Assembly: GCA_963805605.1 (NCBI GenBank)
Contig: CAWDUX010000002.1
Span: 119,672 to 183,671, forward strand
Reading direction: 5' to 3'
Source: an uncultured Actinomycetota bacterium
Lineage (GTDB): Bacteria > Actinomycetota > Actinomycetes > Mycobacteriales > Micromonosporaceae
DNA: 64,000 bases
This document shows positions 28,977 to 39,014 of this stretch, in pieces; within the stretch, counting starts at the first letter, position 1, and each line of letters opens with the position of its first letter. The notes beneath the pieces were generated by a model that did no database searches, was not told the origin of the DNA, and saw nothing but the letters and a program-made list of their open reading frames with translations. The position numbers were made by a program, and so were the translations under genes.

Positions 28977-29771
28977 GTGGACACGATCCGAAAGCACCGG
29001 CGGTTGGGGCGCGCACTGGCCGCCGTCGGCGTGGCGGCGACGCTGGCGGCGGCATGGACCGCGGCACCGGCACAGGCCGGTGTCACACCCCATGTCGCGC
29101 ACGGGAGCCCGGCGCCGGAGGGCGCGTACGGCTTCGCGGTGAAGTTCACCATGACCGACATCCCGCGCCCGGACGGCTCGACCTACGACAGTGCCTGCAC
29201 CGGCGCGCTGATCGCGCCGCAGTGGGTCCTCACCGCCGGGCACTGCTTCCACGACGTGTACCGCAACCCGGTGAGCGGTCCGCCGCAGTACGGCAGCACG
29301 ACCGCGACCGTCGGGCGTACCGACCTGTCGGAGAGCACCGGGCATGTCGTCGACGTGGTCGACGTGAAGCAGAACCCGTCGGTGGACATGGCGCTGGTGA
29401 AGCTGGCCTCGCCGGTCACCGACGTGCAGCCGGTCTCGCTGGGCCAGGCCAAGCCGCCGGCCGGCCAGATTCTGCGGATCGCCGGCTGGGGCGCGACCAC
29501 GGCCAATGGTTCGCCCACCACGCACCTGCAGACCGGGCAGTTCACCGTGACCAGTGTCGACCAGGAGTATGTGTACGTCGCGGGCTACAAGCCGTCGGCG
29601 GACACCAGCGCCTGCCCGTACGACTCGGGGGCGCCCTACTTCGCCGAGACGTCCGTCGGCGACATCCTCGTCGGTGTGGAGAACACCGGTCCGGACTGCC
29701 CGCACACGGGCGACGAGACCACCGCCCGGGTCGACACCAACCTGATCTGGATCACCGGCAACCTCAGCTGA
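28977..29771 (+). CDS. Secreted trypsin-like (S1) serine protease
   Basis: Signal peptide ending AQA; CTGALIAPQWVLTAGHCF (His), DMALVKL (Asp), CPYDSGAP (Ser). Confidence 0.9.
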   Translation: MDTIRKHRRLGRALAAVGVAATLAAAWTAAPAQAGVTPHVAHGSPAPEGAYGFAVKFTMTDIPRPDGSTYDSACTGALIAPQWVLTAGHCFHDVYRNPVSGPPQYGSTTATVGRTDLSESTGHVVDVVDVKQNPSVDMALVKLASPVTDVQPVSLGQAKPPAGQILRIAGWGATTANGSPTTHLQTGQFTVTSVDQEYVYVAGYKPSADTSACPYDSGAPYFAETSVGDILVGVENTGPDCPHTGDETTARVDTNLIWITGNLS

Positions 29772-29777
29772 TCCACC

Positions 29778-29810
29778 GCGCCCGTCGGGTCGCCACGGCC
29801 CGACGGGCGC
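29778..29810 (+). terminator. Hairpin after the protease gene
   Basis: GCGCCCGTCGGG/CCCGACGGGCGC perfect 12-bp stem. Confidence 0.65.
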
Positions 29811-29910
29811 CGCACCTGCGGCAACGTCGACCGCCGGGCGGGCAGCCAGGAGAAGTTCGCGTACCCGTACACGTACCACCGGTTCGTCGACGTAGACAGG
29901 AACGGTCCCC

Positions 29911-31907
29911 ATGAGTACTGCCCGAACCGCCCCGGCGGTACCGGCTGCCGAACTGGCCCGGGTGCTGGTGGCCGCGACGGCTGGGTGTCTGGTGGTGGCC
30001 ACCGGCACGTCGATGATCGCAGCGAGGTCATACCCGCCGGTGCTCGGTCTTGTACAGGTCAACGACTCCAGGAGCTGGTGGCCGTGGGTGACCGCGACGG
30101 CGCTGCTGGCCGTTGCGACCCTGGGTTCGCTGGCGTTGGCCCGACACTGGCCGTGGCTGATCCTCTGCGGTGCCGTTCTCGCCGCCCCGGTGCTGTTCCA
30201 GCAGTTCTTCCCAGTATCCGGTGGCGTGCTGTGGTTCTATCTGGGCTTGGTGGCGGCCGTGGCCAGCCCGATGGCCCTCATCGGTGTCCTGGCTGCCTCC
30301 CAGTGGCTGGCCGGCAACCAACGCCCCGGGTATGCCGCGGCCGTGGCCGGCGCCACCGTCGGTGCCCAACTGTTCGGAATCGCACTGGTCGGCGCCCGTT
30401 GGCTCCGATCACCTACCTCGGGTCCGGCCTGGCAGCTGGGACTGACCGTGGTGGCGGTCGTCGCGGTCCTGCCGGCTGTCCTCGTCCGGTCCACGGCCCC
30501 GACCGGACCGCACGGTGACAACCCCGGCAGGCGGTGGCAACGGTCCATGCCTGCCGCAGTCCTGGCCGTGGCCACGCTGGCGGTGTCGGTCCTGGTGACC
30601 GACCCACTGCTGTCCCGCGTGCTCGGGGTGAGCATGTTCGCGATGGAGCGCCACGGCTACGCCACCGTCAGCGTGGTGGGTGGGCTGGTTCTGTTGGGTG
30701 CACTCGCTGCCGTGGCGGTGGCGGGGCCGTGGAACGCTGCCGGCAGTCTGACGGTTGCGCTGATCCAGATCGTGGTCGCGGCGCCGATCCTGCTGGCTGC
30801 GTGGGCGCTGGCGTACGAGACGCCACTGCGGCTGATCGCCGCCGCGGTCGGGTTGTTGCTGGGCGTGCTGGTCGCCGCGAGCAGGTGGCGGATCCCGTTG
30901 GCCGCCGGAGCGTCGGTGCTGTGTGCACTCGCCCTGCTCATGGCGTTCGCCGCCACGACCGGTGCACCGGAGAAGCTGATCACGCAGCGCGCGGTCATAC
31001 CCGGCTTCCTGCTGCTGGTCGGTCTGTGCATCGCGGCCACCGCGCTGGTGGGCAGTGCGGTGTCCATCGTCGCTCGGCGCACCAACCTGCCGTTGGCGCT
31101 GGGGCCGCTGGCGGCGGCCCTGGTGTACGGCGGGAGCAGGGCACTGCAGGCCGAGTTACATCGGTGCCGACGGACTACCGGAGTCCAGCTACCTGAACCC
31201 GGTTCACCACCTGACCACCTCCGCGATGGGACTGCTGCTCGCGGCCGGCGCCGTCGGCGCACTGTACGGCGCGGATCTGCTGGTCACCCGACGGGCCGAG
31301 CGCCGTGAGACCGAGGAGATACGCCGGCAGGCCGCGCTCGCCGAACGCCAGAGGCTCGCCCGTCCCATCCACGACGGCGTACTCCAGGTCATGGCGCTGA
31401 TGGCCCGCCACGGGCCGGAACTCGGCGAACGGGGCGCCGAGCTGGCGGAACTCGCTGAGTTGCAGGGCACCGCGCTGCGCAAGCTGATCGCGGGAGAAGA
31501 CCGCGGCGGACACGACGTCGGGTGACATCGACCTGCGACTGCTCATCGCCCCGTACGAGTCACCGTCGATCCAGCTCGCGCTGCCGGCCGATCCGGTGCT
31601 GCTACCGGCGCGTCATGCCCGGGAGCTCGCCGCCGCGATCGGCGCGGCCCTCGACAATGTCGGGCAGCATGCAGGCAGGGATGCGCGGGCATGGGTGCTG
31701 GTGGATGACGCCCCGCATCAGGTGAATGTCAGTATCCGCGATGACGGGCCGGGCATTCCCGAAGGCCGACTGGTGCAGGCAGAGACCGAAGGACGACTCG
31801 GCGTCGCACAGTCGATCATCGGCCGACTCCGCGACCTCGGCGGCAGCGCCGAGATCGCCGGTCGGTCCGGCGAGGGCACCGAGATGGAACTACGGCTCCC
31901 GCGCTGA
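29911..31907 (+). pseudogene. Membrane sensor histidine kinase (HisKA_3/MacS-like) with very large TM region, two +1 frameshifts
   Basis: ~13-14 TM stretches; shifts near 31150 and 31521; ERQRLARPIHDGVLQ H-box, LDNVGQHA N-box, IRDDGPG, GVAQSI; 665 codons if two G are removed. Confidence 0.8.
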
Positions 31908-31925
31908 AGCTGCGGTGATGCCGGT

Positions 31926-32573
31926 CTACAGGCCGTTTTCAATCGCGTACCGGACCAACTCGACCCGGTTGTGCAACTGCAGCTTGCCGAGGGTGTTCTG
32001 GACGTGGTTCTGCACGGTCCGGTGCGACAACGTGAGCCGCTCGGCGATCTGCCGGTACGACAGGCCCGTGGCGACCAGTCGCAGTACCTCGGTCTCCCGC
32101 CCGGTCAGTCGCGGCGCCTCGGCGTCGGCTGGTCCGGTGGCACGAGCCAGTCGTCGGTACTCGCCCAGGACCAGCCCTGCCAGTCCCGAGGTGAAGACCG
32201 CCTCGCCCACAGCGGTACGGGCCACCGCCGACAGGAACTCGTCGCGGCCAGCGGACTTCACCAGATAGCCGATCGCCCCGGCCTTCACCGCCTCCAGCAC
32301 GTCCGCGCGTTGCCCGCTCGCCGACAGCACCAGGATCCGGAGGTCGGACCTTGCCGCCAGCAGACCGTGGATCACCTCGACACCGCGGATGTCCGGTAGC
32401 TGCAGATCCAGTACCACCACGTCGGGTGCCACCGCCGGCGCGATCCGCACCGCCTGCCGCCCCTCGCCGGTGTCGGCGACCACCTCGTAGCCGGCTGCGG
32501 CCAAGTCCCGCGCCACCGCCTCGCGCCACATCGGATGGTCATCCACCACCATCACCCGGATCGCCTCAGCCAC
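31926..32573 (-). CDS. NarL/LuxR-family response regulator (MacR-like)
   Basis: VVDDHP, LDLQLPD, GYLVKS receiver motifs; LT.RETEVLRLVATGLSYRQIA LuxR HTH. Confidence 0.93.
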   Translation of the reverse strand: MAEAIRVMVVDDHPMWREAVARDLAAAGYEVVADTGEGRQAVRIAPAVAPDVVVLDLQLPDIRGVEVIHGLLAARSDLRILVLSASGQRADVLEAVKAGAIGYLVKSAGRDEFLSAVARTAVGEAVFTSGLAGLVLGEYRRLARATGPADAEAPRLTGRETEVLRLVATGLSYRQIAERLTLSHRTVQNHVQNTLGKLQLHNRVELVRYAIENGL

Positions 32574-32688
32574 GCCGACACGATAGACGCCACCACCTGA
32601 TCGACCGAGTCGGACGTCACGACGCACAGCCCTTTCCGGGCGATCCCGGGCCGGACTCATCGTTGCGGCTCGGATCTACTCTCCAGGC

Positions 32689-34181
32689 GTGGAGCTGGGT
32701 TGGCGGGACGGGGGATACGGCGAGCTGCGCGCCGGCAATTCCGACCGCAGAGCCGTACAGAAACTGCTGCGAGTGGCCGAACGCGAGGGCCGGCTCGACG
32801 CTGCCGAGTACGACCGGCGCCTGCGTGCGGTCCAGGATGCAGACACCCGAGCCGACCTTACGGCGCTGACCGGGGATCTGCCGGCCCGGCGCGGTGAACG
32901 CGACTGGGTCGACAGGGCACGCTTCCGTACCGAGGACCGGGACACCGCCGTCGCGGTACTGGCCGACGGTGCGGCCCACGGGCGGCTGTCCACGCGGGAG
33001 TACGAACGACGGGTCGCGGTGCTGCAGGAGACCGTGACGTACGCGCAGCTCAAGGTGGTGCTGGACGGTCTGCCCGGATGGCCGGGCGCGCCGGACGACC
33101 TGCTGGCGGCCCAGCGCGACCGCGATGAGGCAACCGCTGTACTAACCGACGCCGTCGCCGACGGCCGGGTGGAACCGGTCGAGGTGCCCGCGTTGGAGGC
33201 CGAGATCGGCCAGGCGAGGCGTCGATCCGAACTGGTCCGGCTGACCGCGGCACTCAACGCCCGGGTCGGTGGCCGGAGCCGTGAGCGAGCGGTACAGCAG
33301 ATCGAGACGGCCTACCAGAACGGCCAGCTCGACGCGCGCGAGCAGGCCGCCCGGGCCGACCGCGCGCGGCGGGCGAGGACCGGCTACCCTCCGACACCGA
33401 TCGGAACGCCACGATCCGGGCGCTCGCCCGGGCGCTGGACACCGGCCGGCTCACCCTTGCCGAGTACGAGCGACGGTTGGGACTGTGTACGGCCGCGACC
33501 GGTACGGTCGCGCTTCGGCAGCTGGTGGCGGACCTGGTCGTTGCGCCGCGACAGCAACGGCGCGGCGTGCTGGACGCGCTGTTCGATCACGTCGTCGTCA
33601 ACTCTGCGCTGCTCACGCAGCCCCGGTGGTGGCTGCGCCCGTTCCCGAAACTTGCCTGGAAGCTCTATGCGGTCACCGGAACGGCGTTCTACGCCTGGCT
33701 GCTGGTGAAGAGCGGAAACATGATTCCGCTGCTGCTGACCCCGCCGGGGCTGATCGTGTACTGGCTCTACATGGTGACGTTCCGGAGCATCGTGCGAGGT
33801 GTGGTCGGGAAGCGCGTTCTTGAACGTCAGCGAGCGGTCGTCGCGGCGATCAGGGCAGAACTCGGCCGGCTGCCGGGCGTCAGCGACGTCGAGATCGTCT
33901 ATCCGACCAGAAACCACAAGGGAGATCCGAACAAGAGCGAGATGCGGATACGTTTCGTGCTCGCACGCGAGGCGACCACGAACGGCGATGCGGCCATCCG
34001 GACGCTGACCCGGGAGCTGTGGCGCAGCCGGTTGTATCCCCTGCACACCATCGTCGTGGACTGGATCCGCGGTTACTCGTCGCTCCCGGAAACGAAGCTG
34101 ACCTGGAATCGTGCGGAACGGCGTCGGCTGCGTGACGAGTACGGTCCGCGGCCCTACGGTTGGCTGCCCCGCTGGTACTAG
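32689..34181 (+). pseudogene. Five-repeat DUF1707 membrane protein, frame broken near 33375
   Basis: Four R.(S/G)..DR...L..A...GRL...E..RR repeats in the first frame; a fifth (RLPSDTDRNATIRALARALDTGRLTLAEYERR) in the second frame, then 2 TMs and a C-terminal domain. Confidence 0.72.
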
Positions 34182-34239
34182 GACCCTGCGACCGACGAGC
34201 ATCGCCACGGGTCAGCTGAGTGAACTCAGCGACCACGGG

Positions 34240-34911
34240 TCAGGCAGGTTGGCTCAGTGCCCGCTGCGCGTCGGCGTAGCTGTCGACCGCGTGGCGTATC
34301 AGCTCGAGCGCGTTGTCGTAGTGGGGCCAGTCGGTGATGTCGTAGCCGTGGAAGTCGAGACCGAACTCGTCGCTGAGCGCGCGGGCCTGTTGCGGTGTGG
34401 CCAGTACGAACACAGCATCCTGGCAGGACTCCGGCTTCGAGCGGATCACCTCGTGGAACACCCGCGGGTCGGCGCCGCCCGGGTCCACGTCGTTGATCTG
34501 CTCGGACACCGCCGCCTGGTCCACGTACTCGTCGGACTCGTGCTCGACATGCCACCAGAACGACCGGCCGTCGCGCCGGAAGTGCAGGAACTCGTACCCG
34601 TCCTCATCGTCGGGGTCGCGGACCAGCCGTACGTCGCTGATGAGTACCTGCCCGTCCGTACATGCCGCCACCTGGTCCTCGAGCAGGTAGCGGTAGTGGT
34701 CCTCGACATGGTCGACGTCGTCGCCGTGTACCGAGAGGGCCACACCGAATTCGGGCAGCCAACTGATCAGGTCCCGTTCCGTCAGCGGCTCGTCCAGGTG
34801 CTCCATCCGCCACTCGCCGATACGGGCCAGCACCGTGGCGGACTTCTCCTCGGTCAACATGCCCAGTGCCACCATGCTTTCGGCCAGGTCCCGCAGTGTC
34901 CTTCCAGCCAT
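34240..34911 (-). CDS. Hypothetical acidic protein (immunity-protein-like composition)
   Basis: GC3-biased 223-aa ORF rich in D/E and aromatic residues. Confidence 0.65.
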   Translation of the reverse strand: MAGRTLRDLAESMVALGMLTEEKSATVLARIGEWRMEHLDEPLTERDLISWLPEFGVALSVHGDDVDHVEDHYRYLLEDQVAACTDGQVLISDVRLVRDPDDEDGYEFLHFRRDGRSFWWHVEHESDEYVDQAAVSEQINDVDPGGADPRVFHEVIRSKPESCQDAVFVLATPQQARALSDEFGLDFHGYDITDWPHYDNALELIRHAVDSYADAQRALSQPA

Positions 34912-35165
34912 GCTGCCGGATTGTGGCAGCACCCTCCGACAGTTCAGTCAGTGCCTACCTGACTGTCGCGCCGCCGGAGGGCGTCGTAGTCGGCGAAGGT
35001 GAACATCCGCTCGCCGGTGGCCAGCGGCTGGGGCTGGCCGGTGAAGCGGTGCACGCCGACCCCGAACGTGACGTCCGGCGAGGAGAGCCACCGGCGCTGG
35101 AAGTCGAGGCGTTCGAACCGGTCGCAGATCATCGGTACCCGGTCGGGTACGCGACGGGCGCGCTG

Positions 35166-35762
35166 GTGGTGGCCCTGACCTTGGTCGTCTACGTGGTGCG
35201 CGGTGCCGCGGTGAACAGCCGACACGCAGACACCTGCCTCGCGATCTTCGACTCCGGCATGGTGTACACCGACAACCAGGGCGATGCCCGTGTCTTCCAC
35301 TGGCGCACCACCACCGTCCGGCAGCGGATCGTGCACTACACCCGCGTCGGTTCCACCGTACGTACGAGCTACGAGTACCGGCTGACCGGGCCGGACGGCA
35401 GGGAATCGCTCACTCTGCAGCAGAGTTCGAACCTGGCCGGGCTGGCAAGCCCGGAGAAGTGGGGCCCGGAGATCCAGGAGGGCGTCACCCGCGCGCGGCT
35501 GCCTGTCGCGTTGCGGACCGTCGCCGACGGCGGCACCGTCACGTTCGGTCCCATCGAGGTCGACAGCCGGGCAGTGACCGCGAGGGGCAGCTGCGTGCCG
35601 TGGTCGGACATCGAGCAGATCAAGGTCGTCGCCGGCCACGTGTCGCTGCGGGTGGCCGGCCGATGGTTGTCGCTGATCAACACCGAGGTCAGCAAGATCC
35701 CGAACTTCTTCGTCTTCCACGCCCTGGCCGAGCAGCTGCGGACCTTGGCCGGGCGCTCATGA
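35166..35762 (+). CDS. DUF6585-like protein, 5' end unclear or truncated
   Basis: One TM then beta-rich domain; GGTVTFGPI, PWSDI, KIPNFFVFHAL pattern. Confidence 0.55.
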   Translation: MVALTLVVYVVRGAAVNSRHADTCLAIFDSGMVYTDNQGDARVFHWRTTTVRQRIVHYTRVGSTVRTSYEYRLTGPDGRESLTLQQSSNLAGLASPEKWGPEIQEGVTRARLPVALRTVADGGTVTFGPIEVDSRAVTARGSCVPWSDIEQIKVVAGHVSLRVAGRWLSLINTEVSKIPNFFVFHALAEQLRTLAGRS

Positions 35763-36257
35763 CCCGGTGGTGACGCCGGGGTCAGCGTCGGCGGTCAGGG
35801 CGGAGGCCAGCTCGTCGAGCCGGTCGAAGGCCCGGGCCATGCCAACGTGGTGGCCGTAGTCACGGGATTCGACGATGACCCCGTCGCGTACCCGGGTGAC
35901 GAAGATGCACGGCAACGCGAACGGACGGCCGTTCACCGTGCCGACATAGTCGAATTCGAAGATGACGACCTCGGGGTCGGCGGTCTCGTGCACGTGGCCG
36001 ACGGCCTCGTACCGGTCGACCCTGCCGACCCGTGCCGGCCCGGCGGCGAAGTGTCGGCGCAGTTCCGCGCGGGTGCGTAGCGGTGTGTCGCCCAGCGGCG
36101 CGAACGGGTGCCGGACGTCGGTGTGCTCGGCGTACAGGCTGGCCAGCTCGTCGAGTTGACGCTCTTTCTCCTGGTCGGACAGGTTGCCGGCGATGAGGCG
36201 GCTGACGCCGGCTGCGACGGCGCGGACCACGTCGGCTGGGGCGGACGGCTGGGGCAT
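35757..36257 (-). CDS. SnoaL-like/NTF2 family protein
   Basis: LASLYAEH..VRHPF, HETADPEVVIFEF, RDGVIVESRDY. Confidence 0.85.
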   Translation of the reverse strand: MPQPSAPADVVRAVAAGVSRLIAGNLSDQEKERQLDELASLYAEHTDVRHPFAPLGDTPLRTRAELRRHFAAGPARVGRVDRYEAVGHVHETADPEVVIFEFDYVGTVNGRPFALPCIFVTRVRDGVIVESRDYGHHVGMARAFDRLDELASALTADADPGVTTGS

Positions 36258-36275
36258 GGCTCCTCCACGGAAGTT

Positions 36276-36320
36276 AAACGGAGTCTCGACTTCGTTTACT
36301 GTAGCGGAGTCTGGACTCCG
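36276..36320. promoter_or_regulatory. Two tandem TetR-type operators, core CGGAGTC-N2-GAC(T/C)CCG
   Basis: Near-perfect palindrome 36276-36297 and perfect 7-2-7 palindrome 36305-36320 between the divergent snoaL and tetR genes. Confidence 0.7.
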
Positions 36321-36359
36321 ATTACAATCTGCTGCGTCGACGGCGGAGGAGAGGTCCGG

Positions 36360-36905
36360 ATGCGGCAGGACGCGCAGGAGAACCGGGAACGGATCCTGGC
36401 CGCAGCAGAGGTGGTGTTCGGCAGCCACGGGCCCGCCGGATCCACCGAGGAGGTCGCGCGGCGCGCCGGCGTCGGTATCGCCACCGTCTTCCGCCACTTC
36501 CCGACCAAGGACGAACTGATCGCCGCGGCGCTGCTGCGACACTTCGACGCGCTCAACGTTCGGGCGCAGGAACTCATCACCGGGGCCGACCCCGGCGCGG
36601 CCTGGCGGAGCCTGGTGCGTTCGATGATCCAAACCGGCGCCACGAAGTTGACGCTCCTGTCGATGCTGACCGAACACGAGGGCCTGCACACCGAGGTCGT
36701 CGCCGCGTCGGGGCGGTTGAAAGCCGCCGTCAGCGACATGCTCCGACGGGCGCAGGAGGCCGGCGAGGTACGGCCCACGGTCACGGTCGAGGAGGTCTAC
36801 CTGCTCATCCGCGGGCTCGCGCAGGCATCGGCGAGCATGCCCGCCCGGCCCGGGGTCCTCGACCGCGCCATCGACGTCGTACTCGCCGGCCTGACCCAGC
36901 ACTAG
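36360..36905 (+). CDS. TetR family transcriptional regulator
   Basis: RERILAAA..VF, EEVARRAGVGIATVFRHFPTKDEL. Confidence 0.93.
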   Translation: MRQDAQENRERILAAAEVVFGSHGPAGSTEEVARRAGVGIATVFRHFPTKDELIAAALLRHFDALNVRAQELITGADPGAAWRSLVRSMIQTGATKLTLLSMLTEHEGLHTEVVAASGRLKAAVSDMLRRAQEAGEVRPTVTVEEVYLLIRGLAQASASMPARPGVLDRAIDVVLAGLTQH

Positions 36906-36978
36906 CACGCTGTCGCCGGTGATGGGCACCCCGGCCATTGGCGTTGCGGTCGGCCGGACGACAGCACAGACTGGCGCG

Positions 36979-37749
36979 GTGGATCAGGTCCGGAAGATCG
37001 TGGCGCTGGTGGACACCGTGCTGGGCGCGGAGGCGATCGGCGTCTACCTGCACGGCTCGTCGGTACTCGGTGGTCTGCGCCCGGCCAGCGACGTCGACGT
37101 GCTGGTCGTCGCCCGGCGGAGCCTGACCGAGCAGCAGCGACAGGCGCTGGTCAGGGGCCTGCTCCCGCTGTCCGGATCGCGGAACCGGGCCCGCCCGGTG
37201 GAGCTCACCGTGGTCGTCGGGTCCGAGATCCGACCGTGGCGCTACCCACCGAACGGCGACTTCCTGTACGGCGAATGGCTGCGCGCCGAGTACGAGTCCG
37301 GGAAGGTCCCGCAGCCCGAACCGATGCCCGATCTGGCTCTGCTGCTGCACATGACCCGCGCCGGTGGGAACCCCCTGAGCGGTCCGCGCCCGACGGCCGT
37401 ACTCGACCCCGTCCCGCGCGCCGACCTGGTTCGGGCGAGCGTAGCAGGAGTACCGGATCTGGTCGACGACCTGGACGACGACACCCGCAACGTCCTGCTG
37501 ACCTTCGCCCGCATCTGGACCACCCTCGCCACCGGCGAGATCCGGTCCAAGGACGCCGCCGCGGACTGGGCACTCACCCAGCTACCACCCGGACATCGCC
37601 CGGTGCTTGAGCACGCCCGGCATCTCTACCTGCATTGCAGCTATGCGGAGGAGTCCTGGAGCGATGCGTTGCGGGCGCAGGTAGGTCCGCACGTCGACCA
37701 CGTCCTCGCCGAGATCGCGCGCCTCACCGAAGCCCCAGCCGGCGGATGA
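36979..37749 (+). CDS. Aminoglycoside adenylyltransferase family protein (AadA/ANT-like, DUF4111)
   Basis: YLHGS..LGGLRPASDVDVLV nucleotidyltransferase motif, RPVELT, FLYGEWLR, RNVLLTFARIW.T, SKDAAA.W. Confidence 0.88.
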   Translation: MDQVRKIVALVDTVLGAEAIGVYLHGSSVLGGLRPASDVDVLVVARRSLTEQQRQALVRGLLPLSGSRNRARPVELTVVVGSEIRPWRYPPNGDFLYGEWLRAEYESGKVPQPEPMPDLALLLHMTRAGGNPLSGPRPTAVLDPVPRADLVRASVAGVPDLVDDLDDDTRNVLLTFARIWTTLATGEIRSKDAAADWALTQLPPGHRPVLEHARHLYLHCSYAEESWSDALRAQVGPHVDHVLAEIARLTEAPAGG

Positions 37750-37951
37750 CCTGGACCGCACAGGTCGTAGGGCCCGCCGCCGAGGTGTCGACGCTGGCAT
37801 CCAGGCCGAGCCCGTCATGGCGGTCACGCGCCTGACCGGTCGTCCACCCTCCGCAGCACGGGCACGACGGGCATTCCTGCAGTGGACGCCCGGCGGGGGA
37901 CGTACGGCGGTGGGGGCGGGGTGGGGCTCGACCACCACCCCGAGGACCTGC

Positions 37952-38383
37952 TCATCGTCGGCCGGCTCGACGAGTGCCAAGCTCCCCGGGAGCCAGCGAC
38001 GACGCCGAAGCCATCACCAGGCCGTCGGCGGCGTACGCGAAGCTGGAGCCTGCGCCCTCGGCGGCATTCAGCGACAGGATCTCGGCGCCTGTGCGCGACA
38101 CGGCGGTGAGCACCTCGGGCCGCATCCCCTCCTGCCCCATGGGCTCCCAGACCTCGACGACACCGCCCAGGTCCTGGCCACCGTTCCGTACCGCGATGCG
38201 GGCCCGTTCTGCGGAGTCTTCGTTCTCCGCCCCGAGTTCTTCCAGATCGGCGTAGACGCAACGGACCGGGGCGGAGTACGCGCGGCCCCAACACGCCAGT
38301 ACGTCCGGTGCCCCGACCCCGCGCACCAGCGACGCCATGACCGACACCGACCGGTCGGCCCACGCAAAGGGATCCAGCGACAT
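37952..38383 (-). CDS. DUF6461-like protein, probably truncated or frameshifted near 37980
   Basis: LVRGV, VEVWEPMG, AVSRTGAE..S, FAYAADG pattern; GC3-rich reading appears to continue in another frame. Confidence 0.45.
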   Translation of the reverse strand: MSLDPFAWADRSVSVMASLVRGVGAPDVLACWGRAYSAPVRCVYADLEELGAENEDSAERARIAVRNGGQDLGGVVEVWEPMGQEGMRPEVLTAVSRTGAEILSLNAAEGAGSSFAYAADGLVMASASSLAPGELGTRRAGRR

Positions 38384-38495
38384 CCGGCCATCCTCCCGTA
38401 CCGGCGCCGGTGTTGGTGCTGCCTCACCGCGTCCCGAGCCGCCGCTGGCCGGACGGCCGATGGCCGCGGCTTGCTGCGGTCGGGACCATGGACGC

Positions 38496-39014
38496 GTGTC
38501 TCCGAGCCGGATGTTCCGTTGGGCTGTTCTGGGCTCCACCTACTGCGTGATCACGGTGGGCGTGACGTTCCTGCCCGGGCTACCTCGGCTGCCACGAGCG
38601 GTGATCCTGCCGGCGGCACTGATCATGGCTTTCTGTTTCCTTGCCGCGTTCACCGTGACGTTCAAGGCAGGTGTGCGCGCAGCCGGTGCACAAATGAAGT
38701 ACCTGATGAGTTCGGTACCCAGCCGTGTGCGGGTACTGGGCCTGACGGTCGCGGTCGGTCTGTTCCTGGTGATGGTGCTGTCCGAGTTGGCTGTCCATCA
38801 ATCCGGGGTTGCCGGCTCGACTGGTCACTCCGCCGCCCGGGCGGGCAGAGAGCAGCGGTATCAGTTGCGCGCCACCCTTTCTGCGGCCGGCTGGCTCACC
38901 ACGCTGGCCGGGCTCATGCTCGCCGGAGCCCGCAGGCGCGAGCCGGGACCGGCCCAGGCGCCCACGACGTTTCACAATGAGCCTTTCCGCGTAACGGGCC
39001 GTGGCGTTCGGTGA
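38496..39014 (+). CDS. Hypothetical membrane protein with C-terminus altered by the IS insertion
   Basis: About 4 hydrophobic segments; the frame reads into the IS end at 38979. Confidence 0.55.
   Translation: MSPSRMFRWAVLGSTYCVITVGVTFLPGLPRLPRAVILPAALIMAFCFLAAFTVTFKAGVRAAGAQMKYLMSSVPSRVRVLGLTVAVGLFLVMVLSELAVHQSGVAGSTGHSAARAGREQRYQLRATLSAAGWLTTLAGLMLAGARRREPGPAQAPTTFHNEPFRVTGRGVR

Noticed and set aside
34205-34243. CCACGGGTCAG direct repeat around a small hairpin
   Set aside because: Only two 11-bp copies between convergent genes; most simply a terminator region
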